Shown here: in pieces, positions 31,571 through 40,648 of the stretch
Numbering within the stretch: the first letter of the stretch is position 1
How the letters are laid out: every line of letters starts with the position of its first letter
Assembly (NCBI GenBank): GCA_039815185.1
Contig: JBCBZT010000046.1
Span: 1-62,057 of the forward strand
Length of the DNA: 62,057 nt
Source: Cyanobacteria bacterium P01_A01_bin.123
Lineage (GTDB): Bacteria > Cyanobacteriota > Cyanobacteriia > Phormidesmidales > Phormidesmidaceae
Direction of reading: 5' to 3'
Notes under the pieces: model-generated
What the model was told of the DNA's origin: nothing
Databases searched by the model: none
The model's input: only the letters and a program-made list of their open reading frames with translations
Translations under genes and position numbers: made by a program

Positions 31571-32563
31571 TCACTCGGTTTTCTGAAGGTTAGATATTGG
31601 TGTATCGACAAGATATCTAAAAAAGTCGTCGAGCATGGCATGAATAGCTAATATGCTGTGATCGACATACCAGTGGTCAAAATCTACAGCGTAGACTCGT
31701 TCGCTCTGAAATGCGTTCAACCGCCTCCACAGTGGGCTCTGCTGTAGTCGTTCAAAAGACTCTTGGTCTTCCTCTCTTGACCAGATAATAAAGAACAGAA
31801 CATCGCCATCAATTTCTGACAAACTCTCTCTAGAGATTTGCTCCGTGTAGATGACGTCTTTTGTTTGTGACGGTGGTCGCTGCAAACCAATATCATCCAT
31901 CACGACACTAGTAGGGTGCCTCGCGCCGTAGGCATAAATTCCATGGGCGCTCTGCACAGTAGCCGCAGAAATCTGAAGATCGGCTTGTTCGTTTCCCAAG
32001 TTCTGTTTCAGTTCATTGATGCGGCCCCAATAGTCATTCATCAACTCATCAGCAACATCTTCTTTCCCCAGTACCTGAGCCAAATCCAGTAATTTCTGCT
32101 TCCAGAGGTTCGGATGCTGCAAAATAACGGTCGGAGCAATTTGAGAAAGCTGATCATAAAAGCTTTCCATGTGGCTGTTGGCCAAAATAAGGTCGGGCTT
32201 GAGTAGTAAAACTTTTTCCAAGTTGGGCTGAGTTGCGGTACCAACGTATTCCACGTCATCCAGCTTGTCTTGCAGATGCTTGGGAAATGGCTCAGCAACG
32301 TCCCATCCCGAACTGGCGGCAATCGGCTGGATGCCCAACGCCAACAAGTTGCCGAGGATGTCGATGTCCAAGGCTGCAATGCGCTGAGGAGTGGTGGGAA
32401 TACAGCTCTCACCCATCGTGTGCTGCACAACCTTGCAGTCTTGTGCCAATGGCTCTGGGGTTGTTACGCTCTGGTCGGCTGAGTGCCCACAAGCTGTAAT
32501 TAAGGTAAACGTAAAGGTGGCTAGCAAAAGCAGCTTGATTAAGCGAGAGACGGATTGTTTCAT
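31571..32563 (-). CDS. Iron-siderophore substrate-binding lipoprotein
   Basis: LITAC lipobox, HTMGESCIP, QPNLEKVLLLKPDLI. Confidence 0.9.
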   Translation of the reverse strand: MKQSVSRLIKLLLLATFTFTLITACGHSADQSVTTPEPLAQDCKVVQHTMGESCIPTTPQRIAALDIDILGNLLALGIQPIAASSGWDVAEPFPKHLQDKLDDVEYVGTATQPNLEKVLLLKPDLILANSHMESFYDQLSQIAPTVILQHPNLWKQKLLDLAQVLGKEDVADELMNDYWGRINELKQNLGNEQADLQISAATVQSAHGIYAYGARHPTSVVMDDIGLQRPPSQTKDVIYTEQISRESLSEIDGDVLFFIIWSREEDQESFERLQQSPLWRRLNAFQSERVYAVDFDHWYVDHSILAIHAMLDDFFRYLVDTPISNLQKTE

Positions 32564-32612
32564 GAGTCAAAGAACTTCTCAACTGAAATCAAAACTCATA
32601 GCGACATCTGAG

Positions 32613-35168
32613 TTAAAAATCCCATCCAATAGAACCAACAATTGTGAAGGGTTCACCCCGCTCGACATTGGTACCGAAACCTGCGCTGGCATAGTCGATG
32701 TCGAACAAATTTTCGATATTAATAGCTGCGTTGAACTGCTCTCTTCGATAGTAAACTGCCGCATCAACGCGCAGATACTCCTCTAATCGCAAATCGCTAC
32801 CCAAATCATTGGCTCGCTCGCCGACATAAAACAGTCCGAGTCCAAACCCTAATCCTTCTAAATCGCCTTCTTGTATTTCATAGGTCGTCCAAAGGCTGGC
32901 TTGGTGTTCGGGTGTATTTTTTAAGGGACTCCCCACCGGAATATCATTATCTTCAGTTACTTCGGCATCGGTATAGGCATAGGAAGCGATAATATTCCAG
33001 CCGGGGAGAATTTCGCCTGAGACATCTAATTCGATGCCTTGGCTGCGTTGCTCCCCCGTTTGAATCGAAAAGGTCGGATTACCGGGATCACTCGTTACTA
33101 CATTTGTCTTAGTCAGATGATAAGCCGCAAGATTGGCGGATAGGCGACCATCGAGAAAGTCACCTCTAACTCCCACCTCATATTGCGTTCCTTCTGTGGG
33201 CTCTAACGGACTGTCATCCGCATTCAAGCCAGTACTTTGGCGAAAAGAAGTGCTGTAGCTGGCATAGAGAGACAGGATATCGTTCGGCTGATATACCAAA
33301 CCAATCCGAGGACTGAAGGCCCCATCAGTTAAGACTGGGTCATCAACCGTATTGCCAAAGGCACCAAAGTCATCGACCTCGTTTTCATATGAGACCCAGT
33401 CGTAGCGTCCCCCTAGCAGGAGCTTGAATTCATCATTCAACGCAATTTGATCTTGCAGGTAAACTCCATAGGTCTCAATCGTTTCACTAGATCGTATGGC
33501 TGGTTGATAAATAGGGGCTGGGATATCGTAGTCGGGGTCAAAAATATCCAAAAGTGGCAAGTTAGGGTCAAACTCGTTTTGGAAGCTATCGTTAAATCGA
33601 TTGTAGTCAAAACCAGCTAATAGCTGATGTTCAACTGAGCCTGTCTCAAATTCTCCCAATACATCAATTTGTGCAAAGTAATTCTCCCTTGAATATTCAG
33701 CCTGGTAAGCCTCAATGGCTAAGAAACGATTATTAATAGCGGGTGAAAAAGAAAGAACCTGGTTTTCGCTAGTGTCGCTTAGGGTGACAGCGAGGGCATT
33801 ACGAATTCGCCAATTACTACTCAACTCATGTTCCAGCGTATAGCCCACTCTTTGAGTTGTAATGTCAGCAAAGGATAAATCCGGGTAAGAAAGAAAGGTG
33901 TCTCGGGGCGTCAGGTCTCCGTTGCTGAGAATCTGTGCGTAGCTGAGCGGCGGGTCTCCCGAAAAGTCAAGGTATTCGTAGTACACATTTAGCTCGGTAC
34001 GATCGCCAATATTGAAAGTAAGTGATGGGGCAATCGTGATGAAATCGGTGGTCACAAACTCCTGAAAGCTATCGTTTCCTTCATAGGCGGCAATGAGGCG
34101 ATAAAGTACGCTCTCATCAACGGTCAAAGGGCCAGTTGCATCGACACTGGGCTGGTAGTAGCCATAGTTGCCTGCTTCGAGTTCCACATTGTAGGCAGGT
34201 TCGCTTTGGGGTTGCCGAGTGATGACGTTGACAATGCCGCCAGGTTCTACCTGGCCAAACAGCACCGAGGCTGGCCCTCTGAGCACTTCCACTCGTTCCA
34301 CTGTCGAAGTGCCACCTGAAAGGGAGAATAAGTCAACATCACGAAAGCCGTTACGGAAATTTCCACGCTGTTCGAATCCTCTAATGGTGAAAGCTTGCGC
34401 AGGCGCACCAAAGAAGCTGCCTCTGCTTAAGATGCCACTCACGGTCTCAACTGCCTCAATCAGGGTCGTGGCGTTGCGGTCTTCAATCACTTGTTGAGGC
34501 ACCACCTGAATCGACTGGGGAATATCTCGCAATGGTGTATCTGTTCGCGTTGCCGTACTCGCACTCCGTGGGTTGTATCCCTCATCCACTTCTCCCGTCA
34601 CCACAATCTGAATTGCGTCATCCGCCTCTCCTGCCTGGGCCACCCCCGGCACCACACTCAGTGTTAGCCCCGCTACATCGCTGCCCACCGCCACCTCGGG
34701 CACCGCATCGGTCCCCGTAATCACCACCTGCACTCGGTCACTCGGCAACGCTGACACCTGCACCAGAGCAATCCCCGCTGCAGGTTCAAACTGCTCAAAC
34801 GCTTCCCCCGTCAACACCGCATTAGGAATCTCTAAAATCAGCGCATCCCCTGAAACCGAAGTCATCGGTGTTGCCACTTCACCGCCAGCGATTTCTAACA
34901 ACACCTGCAAACCCGCCTCAGTTTCCTCAACCCGTACCCCGGTAATTTGAGTCAGGGAAGCTTCGATTTGAGCCAGCCAGGCTTCTACTGTTGTCGCAGA
35001 CTGGGGGGTAGAGAGGTGAGTGGAGAGATGAATGGATGGTTCGGACTCATCCACTCCCTCCATCTCCTGCGCTACCACGGGTAACGCTGCCATCATCGCG
35101 ATCGCGCTGCTGAATCCGCTCAGCACCACCATCCATCGCATGGATATCCCAAACTTTGCCATTGTCAT
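32613..35168 (-). CDS. TonB-dependent siderophore receptor with AMIN domain
   Basis: ATRTDTPLRDIPQSI, ERVEVLRGPASVLFG, terminal WDF. Confidence 0.95.
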   Translation of the reverse strand: MTMAKFGISMRWMVVLSGFSSAIAMMAALPVVAQEMEGVDESEPSIHLSTHLSTPQSATTVEAWLAQIEASLTQITGVRVEETEAGLQVLLEIAGGEVATPMTSVSGDALILEIPNAVLTGEAFEQFEPAAGIALVQVSALPSDRVQVVITGTDAVPEVAVGSDVAGLTLSVVPGVAQAGEADDAIQIVVTGEVDEGYNPRSASTATRTDTPLRDIPQSIQVVPQQVIEDRNATTLIEAVETVSGILSRGSFFGAPAQAFTIRGFEQRGNFRNGFRDVDLFSLSGGTSTVERVEVLRGPASVLFGQVEPGGIVNVITRQPQSEPAYNVELEAGNYGYYQPSVDATGPLTVDESVLYRLIAAYEGNDSFQEFVTTDFITIAPSLTFNIGDRTELNVYYEYLDFSGDPPLSYAQILSNGDLTPRDTFLSYPDLSFADITTQRVGYTLEHELSSNWRIRNALAVTLSDTSENQVLSFSPAINNRFLAIEAYQAEYSRENYFAQIDVLGEFETGSVEHQLLAGFDYNRFNDSFQNEFDPNLPLLDIFDPDYDIPAPIYQPAIRSSETIETYGVYLQDQIALNDEFKLLLGGRYDWVSYENEVDDFGAFGNTVDDPVLTDGAFSPRIGLVYQPNDILSLYASYSTSFRQSTGLNADDSPLEPTEGTQYEVGVRGDFLDGRLSANLAAYHLTKTNVVTSDPGNPTFSIQTGEQRSQGIELDVSGEILPGWNIIASYAYTDAEVTEDNDIPVGSPLKNTPEHQASLWTTYEIQEGDLEGLGFGLGLFYVGERANDLGSDLRLEEYLRVDAAVYYRREQFNAAINIENLFDIDYASAGFGTNVERGEPFTIVGSIGWDF

Positions 35169-35200
35169 TCGTCCTCACACACACCTACGGGCATCCTTCA

Positions 35201-35297
35201 GTTAAGAAGGATTCTTATTTACGTAGGCTGAGTGTAAGGATGGGGCAATGACGAGATCCACCCTAAAACATTGGCATCACCCCAAAATTCTGTTTTT
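35201..35297 (-). promoter_or_regulatory. TBDT promoter: tandem repeats, -10 TACACT, Fur-like box (35201-35219)
   Basis: Minus-strand repeats TTTTGGGGTG / TTTTAGGGTG; GTTAAGAAGGATTCTTATT. Confidence 0.5.
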
Positions 35298-35312
35298 GAG
35301 CAAGAAATTTGC

Positions 35313-36308
35313 TCAGCGGCTAACGGTTCCCCGCATACACTCCCTCGGCGTTATGCCAAAGTGACGCTTAAAGGCCGCTGCAAATTGAGCCGGGTTAGCA
35401 TACCCCACGCAATTGGCCACCGCCGCCACGGTAGCGTCGGGTTGTCGCAAGAGCCGTTCGGCTTGTTCCATGCGATGGCGGGTTAAATAAGCAAAGGGCG
35501 TCATATTAAAGACCTCCCGAAACCCTTTGTGCAGCGTGCAGTGGGCAATGCCGACCTGGTGAGCCAGTTCAGTTTGCGCAGGCGGGGTTTCCAGATGCGA
35601 TCGCAGTATTTCTGCCGCGTAATGAATGCGAGCCACCGTATCCGACTTTAGCGAAGGCGGCGGGGGAACCGTATTGCTAATGCCATCGAGCTGCAACGCC
35701 ATCAGCTCAAACACCTTGCCCTGTAGATATAGCCGCTTGGGCGCGCCCAAAAACGGACAGTCAATTATTTGCTGCACCACCGTTCGCATGGCCCCCGTCA
35801 TCCGGGGCGAAAACCGATACTGCCAGTCATGACCCCGCACTAAGGGCTGAAGCGTTGCAGGCAGGTCACGATTGGCGTTGGTAAAAAACTGCTGAAATAG
35901 GGCCGGGGTCATATGAATTTCAACCCCGATTTGATGATGCGATCGCGGGAACCGGACAAAATGGCGGGGTTGAATGCCGCTACCGCCAACATAGCCTTGA
36001 CGCGCACTGATCTGTAAGTCGTCACCACCCAAGTAATCACCACTGTCGATCGTGCCAGACAGAAACGCCACAAACTGCACTAAATGCTCGTTCACTGAAA
36101 CGCGCTCGGTCAAATCGTGCCGCACGAAGTCGAAAATAGATAGCTCTAGCCCCGGACATAGCTCAATCTCTCGTGTATGGCCACTGCCTAACTTGGGCGG
36201 CTCAGTATAAGTCGTCTCCAACTGATCGACCGACGTAACAGGCGGACAGTACTGCTCGGCTTCTGCCGCTATTGCATCGATATCGCGGGTCGTTAGGTCA
36301 AGACTCAT
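35313..36308 (-). CDS. AraC-family regulator
   Basis: QQIIDCPF, VGYANPAQFAAAFKRHFGITP. Confidence 0.93.
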   Translation of the reverse strand: MSLDLTTRDIDAIAAEAEQYCPPVTSVDQLETTYTEPPKLGSGHTREIELCPGLELSIFDFVRHDLTERVSVNEHLVQFVAFLSGTIDSGDYLGGDDLQISARQGYVGGSGIQPRHFVRFPRSHHQIGVEIHMTPALFQQFFTNANRDLPATLQPLVRGHDWQYRFSPRMTGAMRTVVQQIIDCPFLGAPKRLYLQGKVFELMALQLDGISNTVPPPPSLKSDTVARIHYAAEILRSHLETPPAQTELAHQVGIAHCTLHKGFREVFNMTPFAYLTRHRMEQAERLLRQPDATVAAVANCVGYANPAQFAAAFKRHFGITPRECMRGTVSR

Positions 36309-36333
36309 AGGAGACGAAGGCACATTAAGGTCT

Positions 36334-36352
36334 AGTGAGAATTAGTCTCAAT
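36334..36352. promoter_or_regulatory. Fur box
   Basis: AGTGAGAATTAGTCTCAAT. Confidence 0.6.
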
Positions 36353-36448
36353 AATCTCGGTCTAGCTTTGAGAAGTCAAGGGGCTAGGCCGATATGGCCG
36401 ATCGTCGCTTCGCCAGTTACTCGCCTACTGTCACTTGCTAAACCCATT

Positions 36449-36600
36449 TCAAACCCGACGGTACCCTGCCAAAGTTTTGCATAGGACTGTCGCAAGATAG
36501 CAACTCCCTATGGGTTCCCCACTCCACAATTTGCCTCCCCCTCCCTCGCATAGGTGCAATCCGCGTATCGAATAGTGGAAAGGCGATGGGCAATGACAAC
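36449..36600 (-). pseudogene. Degenerate 3' end of an ABC transporter related to 27964..29736
   Basis: Reads [36 protein letters not shown]..(frameshift)YAKLWQ, versus [36 protein letters not shown]..YTKLW. Confidence 0.75.
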
Positions 36601-36625
36601 AGGTTGACCTGCTAATCTATGGAAA

Positions 36626-36644
36626 GTTGGGAATTATTCTCATC
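36626..36644. promoter_or_regulatory. Fur box
   Basis: GTTGGGAATTATTCTCATC upstream of AraC 36727. Confidence 0.6.
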
Positions 36645-36726
36645 AAATCTGCGATTGTAGTAGCATGAGCGGCAAGCCCCTTGACCCTGCTGGGCAACGG
36701 GCTTAGACTTGCCGCGCACCTCTACC

Positions 36727-37770
36727 ATGCAAATCGAAGCTTCTTACAACGCCTACCCCGACCTGCTAGCGGAGTTCCGCCACAATCACTGGCTTTCCTC
36801 CTATCCAGACCGGGGGGCCATCCGGACGGATTGGGATTCTCCATTTATCAACGGATATAACCGTTTCTTTAACCTCTGCCCTGATCTAAAAATCCACAAC
36901 TGGAATCAAACTTTTTTAGACACCTTTGAGATGGTAGAGCGGGGAACCGATCCGGTACCTGTAATTTTGATTTTCTTGGTCAAAGGCCATTTGCAGGCGA
37001 CCTATCAAGATTCAACCTACCATCACGACATCTGCCTCAAGGCAGGGCACAACCTGCTGATGTTTAGCGGTTTGGGTAAGCGGGGAGTTTGGACCTGCCC
37101 CTATGGCGTACACAGTCAAACCGTAGAAGTGGTCATTGATGTGCAAAGGCTGGCCGCTTACTTAGGACCTGAATCAGCCCCTGATTTGGCTCAGTTTCGG
37201 CACCTGCTTTGCCAGCATGCAGAGCAGCCCTACTTCCATGGCGGCATCATCACCCCTGAGATGCAGATGGTGTTGCACCAATATCTACACTGCCCCTATC
37301 AAGGCGTGATGCAGCGACTCTACCTAGAGAGTAAAGCGGTTGAGCTGGTTGTCTTGAAGCTGGCTCAAATTCAGCAGATGGCCCAGGAGAGCAACGTTGG
37401 CAAAACGAATGGCAGCCCGAAGCGATCGCTGAAGGCCCAAGATATGGCACGAGTGCACCATGCCCGAGAGATTCTCTTAAACGACATGGCCCATCCCCCT
37501 TCTCTACAGCGGTTGGCCGAACAAGTGGGCATTGGGGATTACAAATTGAAGCAAGATTTTCGGATTGCCTTTGGCATGAGCGTCTTTGCCTATCTGCGAT
37601 CGCATCGGTTAGAACAGGCCCGTCAGCTATTAGCCAGCCAACACATGGGTGTGTCCGAGGCTGCTCGGTTTGTGGGCTACAGCAGCTTGAGTAAATTCAC
37701 CGCCGCCTTCAAACGTCAGTTTGGCATTGTCCCCAGCGCCTGCTTGGGCAAACGCCTGGATCGCTCTTAA
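36727..37770 (+). CDS. AraC-family regulator (YbtA/PchR-like)
   Basis: HCPYQG, LYLESKAVEL, VGYSSLSKFTAAFKRQFG. Confidence 0.92.
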   Translation: MQIEASYNAYPDLLAEFRHNHWLSSYPDRGAIRTDWDSPFINGYNRFFNLCPDLKIHNWNQTFLDTFEMVERGTDPVPVILIFLVKGHLQATYQDSTYHHDICLKAGHNLLMFSGLGKRGVWTCPYGVHSQTVEVVIDVQRLAAYLGPESAPDLAQFRHLLCQHAEQPYFHGGIITPEMQMVLHQYLHCPYQGVMQRLYLESKAVELVVLKLAQIQQMAQESNVGKTNGSPKRSLKAQDMARVHHAREILLNDMAHPPSLQRLAEQVGIGDYKLKQDFRIAFGMSVFAYLRSHRLEQARQLLASQHMGVSEAARFVGYSSLSKFTAAFKRQFGIVPSACLGKRLDRS

Positions 37771-37806
37771 TCAAAACTTCCCCCCCTTTCACACGACTTC
37801 CAGCTT

Positions 37807-37907
37807 AAGAAACGCCGTTTAAGGCTAAAAAAACGCCGTCTGGGTCATAGCAGCCCCGTCAAGAACGCCATATCATCCAAAGCATTCAATTGAGAAGCAT
37901 TCTTAAT
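37807..37907 (+). promoter_or_regulatory. TBDT promoter: 21-bp tandem AraC repeats, -10 TATCAT, Fur box (37889-37907)
   Basis: AAACGCCGT at 37810 and 37831; ATTGAGAAGCATTCTTAAT. Confidence 0.7.
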
Positions 37908-37997
37908 TGACTAGACATCAGGATGTGCAGTGGGCTAGAGCTTATAGCGCCTAGTCATCACCAGAAGTTTTGTAGTGTGCGTTGTGTGGCAGGGGTT

Positions 37998-40226
37998 ATG
38001 CGGCAAAGTTTGATTTGCAATGGGATCGGGCTATCGGGGATTTTCTGTTTACTCGCGATTCAACCCAGTTGGGCTCAAGAAAACCAACATCCGAAAGCGG
38101 CAATGGGGGAACCGATAAAACAACTGGAAGAAAACCCAGACTCCCCTGAATCTAGAGAATCTGATTCATCTGAAGACACAGACCCCACTGATTCACTACC
38201 GGAAGAATCAGCCGACCAGCCCTCCGATGTTGAAATCAACGACAGCGATACCCTCAGAATTGTAGTCACCGCTGAGCGCACCCCTGAAGATGCCCAAGAT
38301 GTGCCGCTGAGCATTACAACGTTTTCAGAAGATCAGATCGAAGACGCCAACATTACCTCGTTAGACGGCATTGCCGACAGGACCCCCAACTTTACTTTTT
38401 TCCCCAGCGGTGGCAACCGTACAGCCGCCTTCTACAGTTTGCGGGGGGTGACTAATTTCAATGCGTTTAGTCGGGATGCCGTTGGCTTCTTTGTGGACGA
38501 TGTGCCCTATGATTTTGCCGGGTTCATCGATCAAGATCTAGTTGATCTAGAACGAATAGAAGTGCTGCGCGGCCCTCAAAATACCCTCTATGGCAGAAGC
38601 GCTTCCGGTGGTGTGGTTAACATCATTACCCGCAGACCGACCAACGAATACGAGTTTGGAGCTGCCGCCAGCTACGGCAACTTTGACGATTTTGAAACCC
38701 AACTGAGCGTCAGTGGCCCGATTGTGGAAGATGAACTGCTGTTTCGCCTATCGGGCAGCTACGGCACCCAACGGGGCTACGTCAACAATACGTTTCTCAA
38801 CGATATTGTCGATGGTGGCCAAGCCTTTACCGGGCGCGGCCAACTGCTGTGGACGCCTACCGATGAGTGGGAAATTTTGTTCAATGCCTCGTTTGGAGAC
38901 TATCGAGAAGGGGCCGATCCCTTTGTGTTAGTGGGTGTGGGCGATCCGTTTGAAACTGAGCTGAGCTTTAACGGGTTCAATGATCTGGTGACCAATGCCC
39001 AATCTTTGCGGATTGAGTACAGTACACCTGTCATTCGGGCCACGTCGATCACGGTCAATCGCTTTTCGAGTCAGCGCGCTGCTTTTGACCAGGATGGGTC
39101 TTTAGCGGATCTGTTAATCAACGCCCCTGATTTTTCGTCCCAGGTGTTTAGTCAGGAGTTGCGGCTGCAGTCACCAGAAGGGGCAGAACGGTTTCAGTGG
39201 ATCGTGGGGGGCTACTTTGAAACCGCCTCATTTAGCAACAATCGCGACTTCATTTCTGGCACGGCAAACCCCCTGCCCCAACAGGGCACAGCCCGATCCG
39301 ATGGGGATGTCAATAACCGCAGCCTAGCGGCGTTTGGCCAGGTTAGCTACGGGGTCACTGAGGCCCTCACCGTCACCGCTGGCTTACGCTACGAAAATAC
39401 GCGTGCGACTAGTGACTATACTCAAACCTTTATTACCCTGGGTGGGTTAGTCTTACCCTTGCTCGATATTAATGATGCGGAGGTCACGGGTGCAGAACTG
39501 CTGCCCCGCTTTGTGATCGACTATCGCTTCACGCCCAACTTACTGGCCTATGGCAGCATCACCCGTGGGTATCGCCCACCGGGGGCCAGCTTTGAACCCA
39601 ATGACGTTGCCACCGCCGTGTTTGATGCAGAAACCTCCTGGAATTATGAAGTGGGTTTGAAATCTGCTTGGCTAGACGATCGACTAATCGTCAATCTGGC
39701 GGCGTTTTACAACGATACGTCGAATTTTCAATTTCCCAGTGATCAGGCCGGCAATTTCATCATTGGCAATGCCGATATTCGTACCATTGGGGCTGAGCTA
39801 GAGGTGCTTGCTCGTCCGGTTGACGGGCTCGAACTGAGCGCTGGATTGGGGTTGCTGGACGCAGAATTTCGCAACGGCAACAATGCCTTTACCGGAGCCG
39901 CTCTGGCAGGTAATCGGACGCCCTTTTCCCCCAGTTTGACTTACAACATCGCCGCCCAATATCGCAGCGAAAGCGGCATCTTGGGTCGATTAGAAGTGAT
40001 TGGGTTTGGCAATACTTTTTTTGATGATCTGAATACGGTTGACCAGGGGGCTTTTGCCCTAGTGAATGCCCGGTTGGGCTATGAGTTTGATAACTATGGC
40101 ATTTATCTATTTGCCGATAATCTGTTTGACACCCGATATGTCACCCAGGCCTTTGACTTCGGCGGCACGATTGCTGTTTATGGTGCCCCGCGCACCTTTG
40201 GGGTTCAAGTCAGGGCAAACTTCTAA
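37998..40226 (+). CDS. TonB-dependent receptor without AMIN domain (FyuA/pesticin-receptor-like)
   Basis: VTAERTPEDAQDVPLSIT, VGFFVDDVP, IEVLRGPQNTLYGRSASGGVVNIITR, SQELRL, PRTFG. Confidence 0.92.
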   Translation: MRQSLICNGIGLSGIFCLLAIQPSWAQENQHPKAAMGEPIKQLEENPDSPESRESDSSEDTDPTDSLPEESADQPSDVEINDSDTLRIVVTAERTPEDAQDVPLSITTFSEDQIEDANITSLDGIADRTPNFTFFPSGGNRTAAFYSLRGVTNFNAFSRDAVGFFVDDVPYDFAGFIDQDLVDLERIEVLRGPQNTLYGRSASGGVVNIITRRPTNEYEFGAAASYGNFDDFETQLSVSGPIVEDELLFRLSGSYGTQRGYVNNTFLNDIVDGGQAFTGRGQLLWTPTDEWEILFNASFGDYREGADPFVLVGVGDPFETELSFNGFNDLVTNAQSLRIEYSTPVIRATSITVNRFSSQRAAFDQDGSLADLLINAPDFSSQVFSQELRLQSPEGAERFQWIVGGYFETASFSNNRDFISGTANPLPQQGTARSDGDVNNRSLAAFGQVSYGVTEALTVTAGLRYENTRATSDYTQTFITLGGLVLPLLDINDAEVTGAELLPRFVIDYRFTPNLLAYGSITRGYRPPGASFEPNDVATAVFDAETSWNYEVGLKSAWLDDRLIVNLAAFYNDTSNFQFPSDQAGNFIIGNADIRTIGAELEVLARPVDGLELSAGLGLLDAEFRNGNNAFTGAALAGNRTPFSPSLTYNIAAQYRSESGILGRLEVIGFGNTFFDDLNTVDQGAFALVNARLGYEFDNYGIYLFADNLFDTRYVTQAFDFGGTIAVYGAPRTFGVQVRANF

Positions 40227-40280
40227 TCCCAATTATCAATATTGCAGATACGAATGGTGGGGACTTGGAGGTGAGGCTGA

Positions 40281-40475
40281 AAATTACTCCGTTTAGAGGT
40301 CAAAAAGATCCGTCTCGGAGTCCTGCTAGCACTGGCAATCGTTTACGTTGAAGGCCCATGCAACCTATGCCGTGATGGGTTGAATCCACGCGATCGCATC
40401 ACGCCCAGTAATCCACATAAAGTCACAATCCACATAAAAGTCAATGAAATCAATTAATTAAGAGTAATTCTCATT
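40281..40475 (+). promoter_or_regulatory. ABC operon promoter: 21-bp tandem AraC repeats, -10 TACGTT, Fur box (40457-40475)
   Basis: TCCGT at 40288 and 40309; ATTAAGAGTAATTCTCATT; a short tandem duplication of AATCCACATAAAGTCA at 40410-40443. Confidence 0.6.
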
Positions 40476-40520
40476 AAGCCATTTTTTAGAGTAGCCTGTA
40501 GGCACACCGCCACGGCCTGC

Positions 40521-40625
40521 TATTGCGGTAGTCATCAAGCGTTGTGTGCTACCGCGAGCCAGATTGCTTGTAGACTCAGCATCCTGACGATACTCGGTGC
40601 ATTAAGCAATCTAACCAGCGCTATG
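40521..40625 (-). repeat. ~104-bp two-hairpin dispersed element, copy 2 (inverted), in the ABC gene leader
   Basis: Reverse complement ATAGCGCTGGTTAGATTGCTTAATGCACCGAGTATCGTCAGGATGCTGAGTCTACAAGCAATCTGGCTCGCGGTAGC...CTACCGCAATA aligns full length with 45664-45768. Confidence 0.85.
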
Positions 40626-40648
40626 AGTGACACATTGAGGAAAACCTG

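Noticed and set aside
31327..31641. 104-aa minus-strand ORF with weak histidine-kinase-like wording (FSKQSQLKFAPLDLNGIL)
   Set aside because: It overlaps the binding-protein gene end and has no supporting motifs; cannot be supported.
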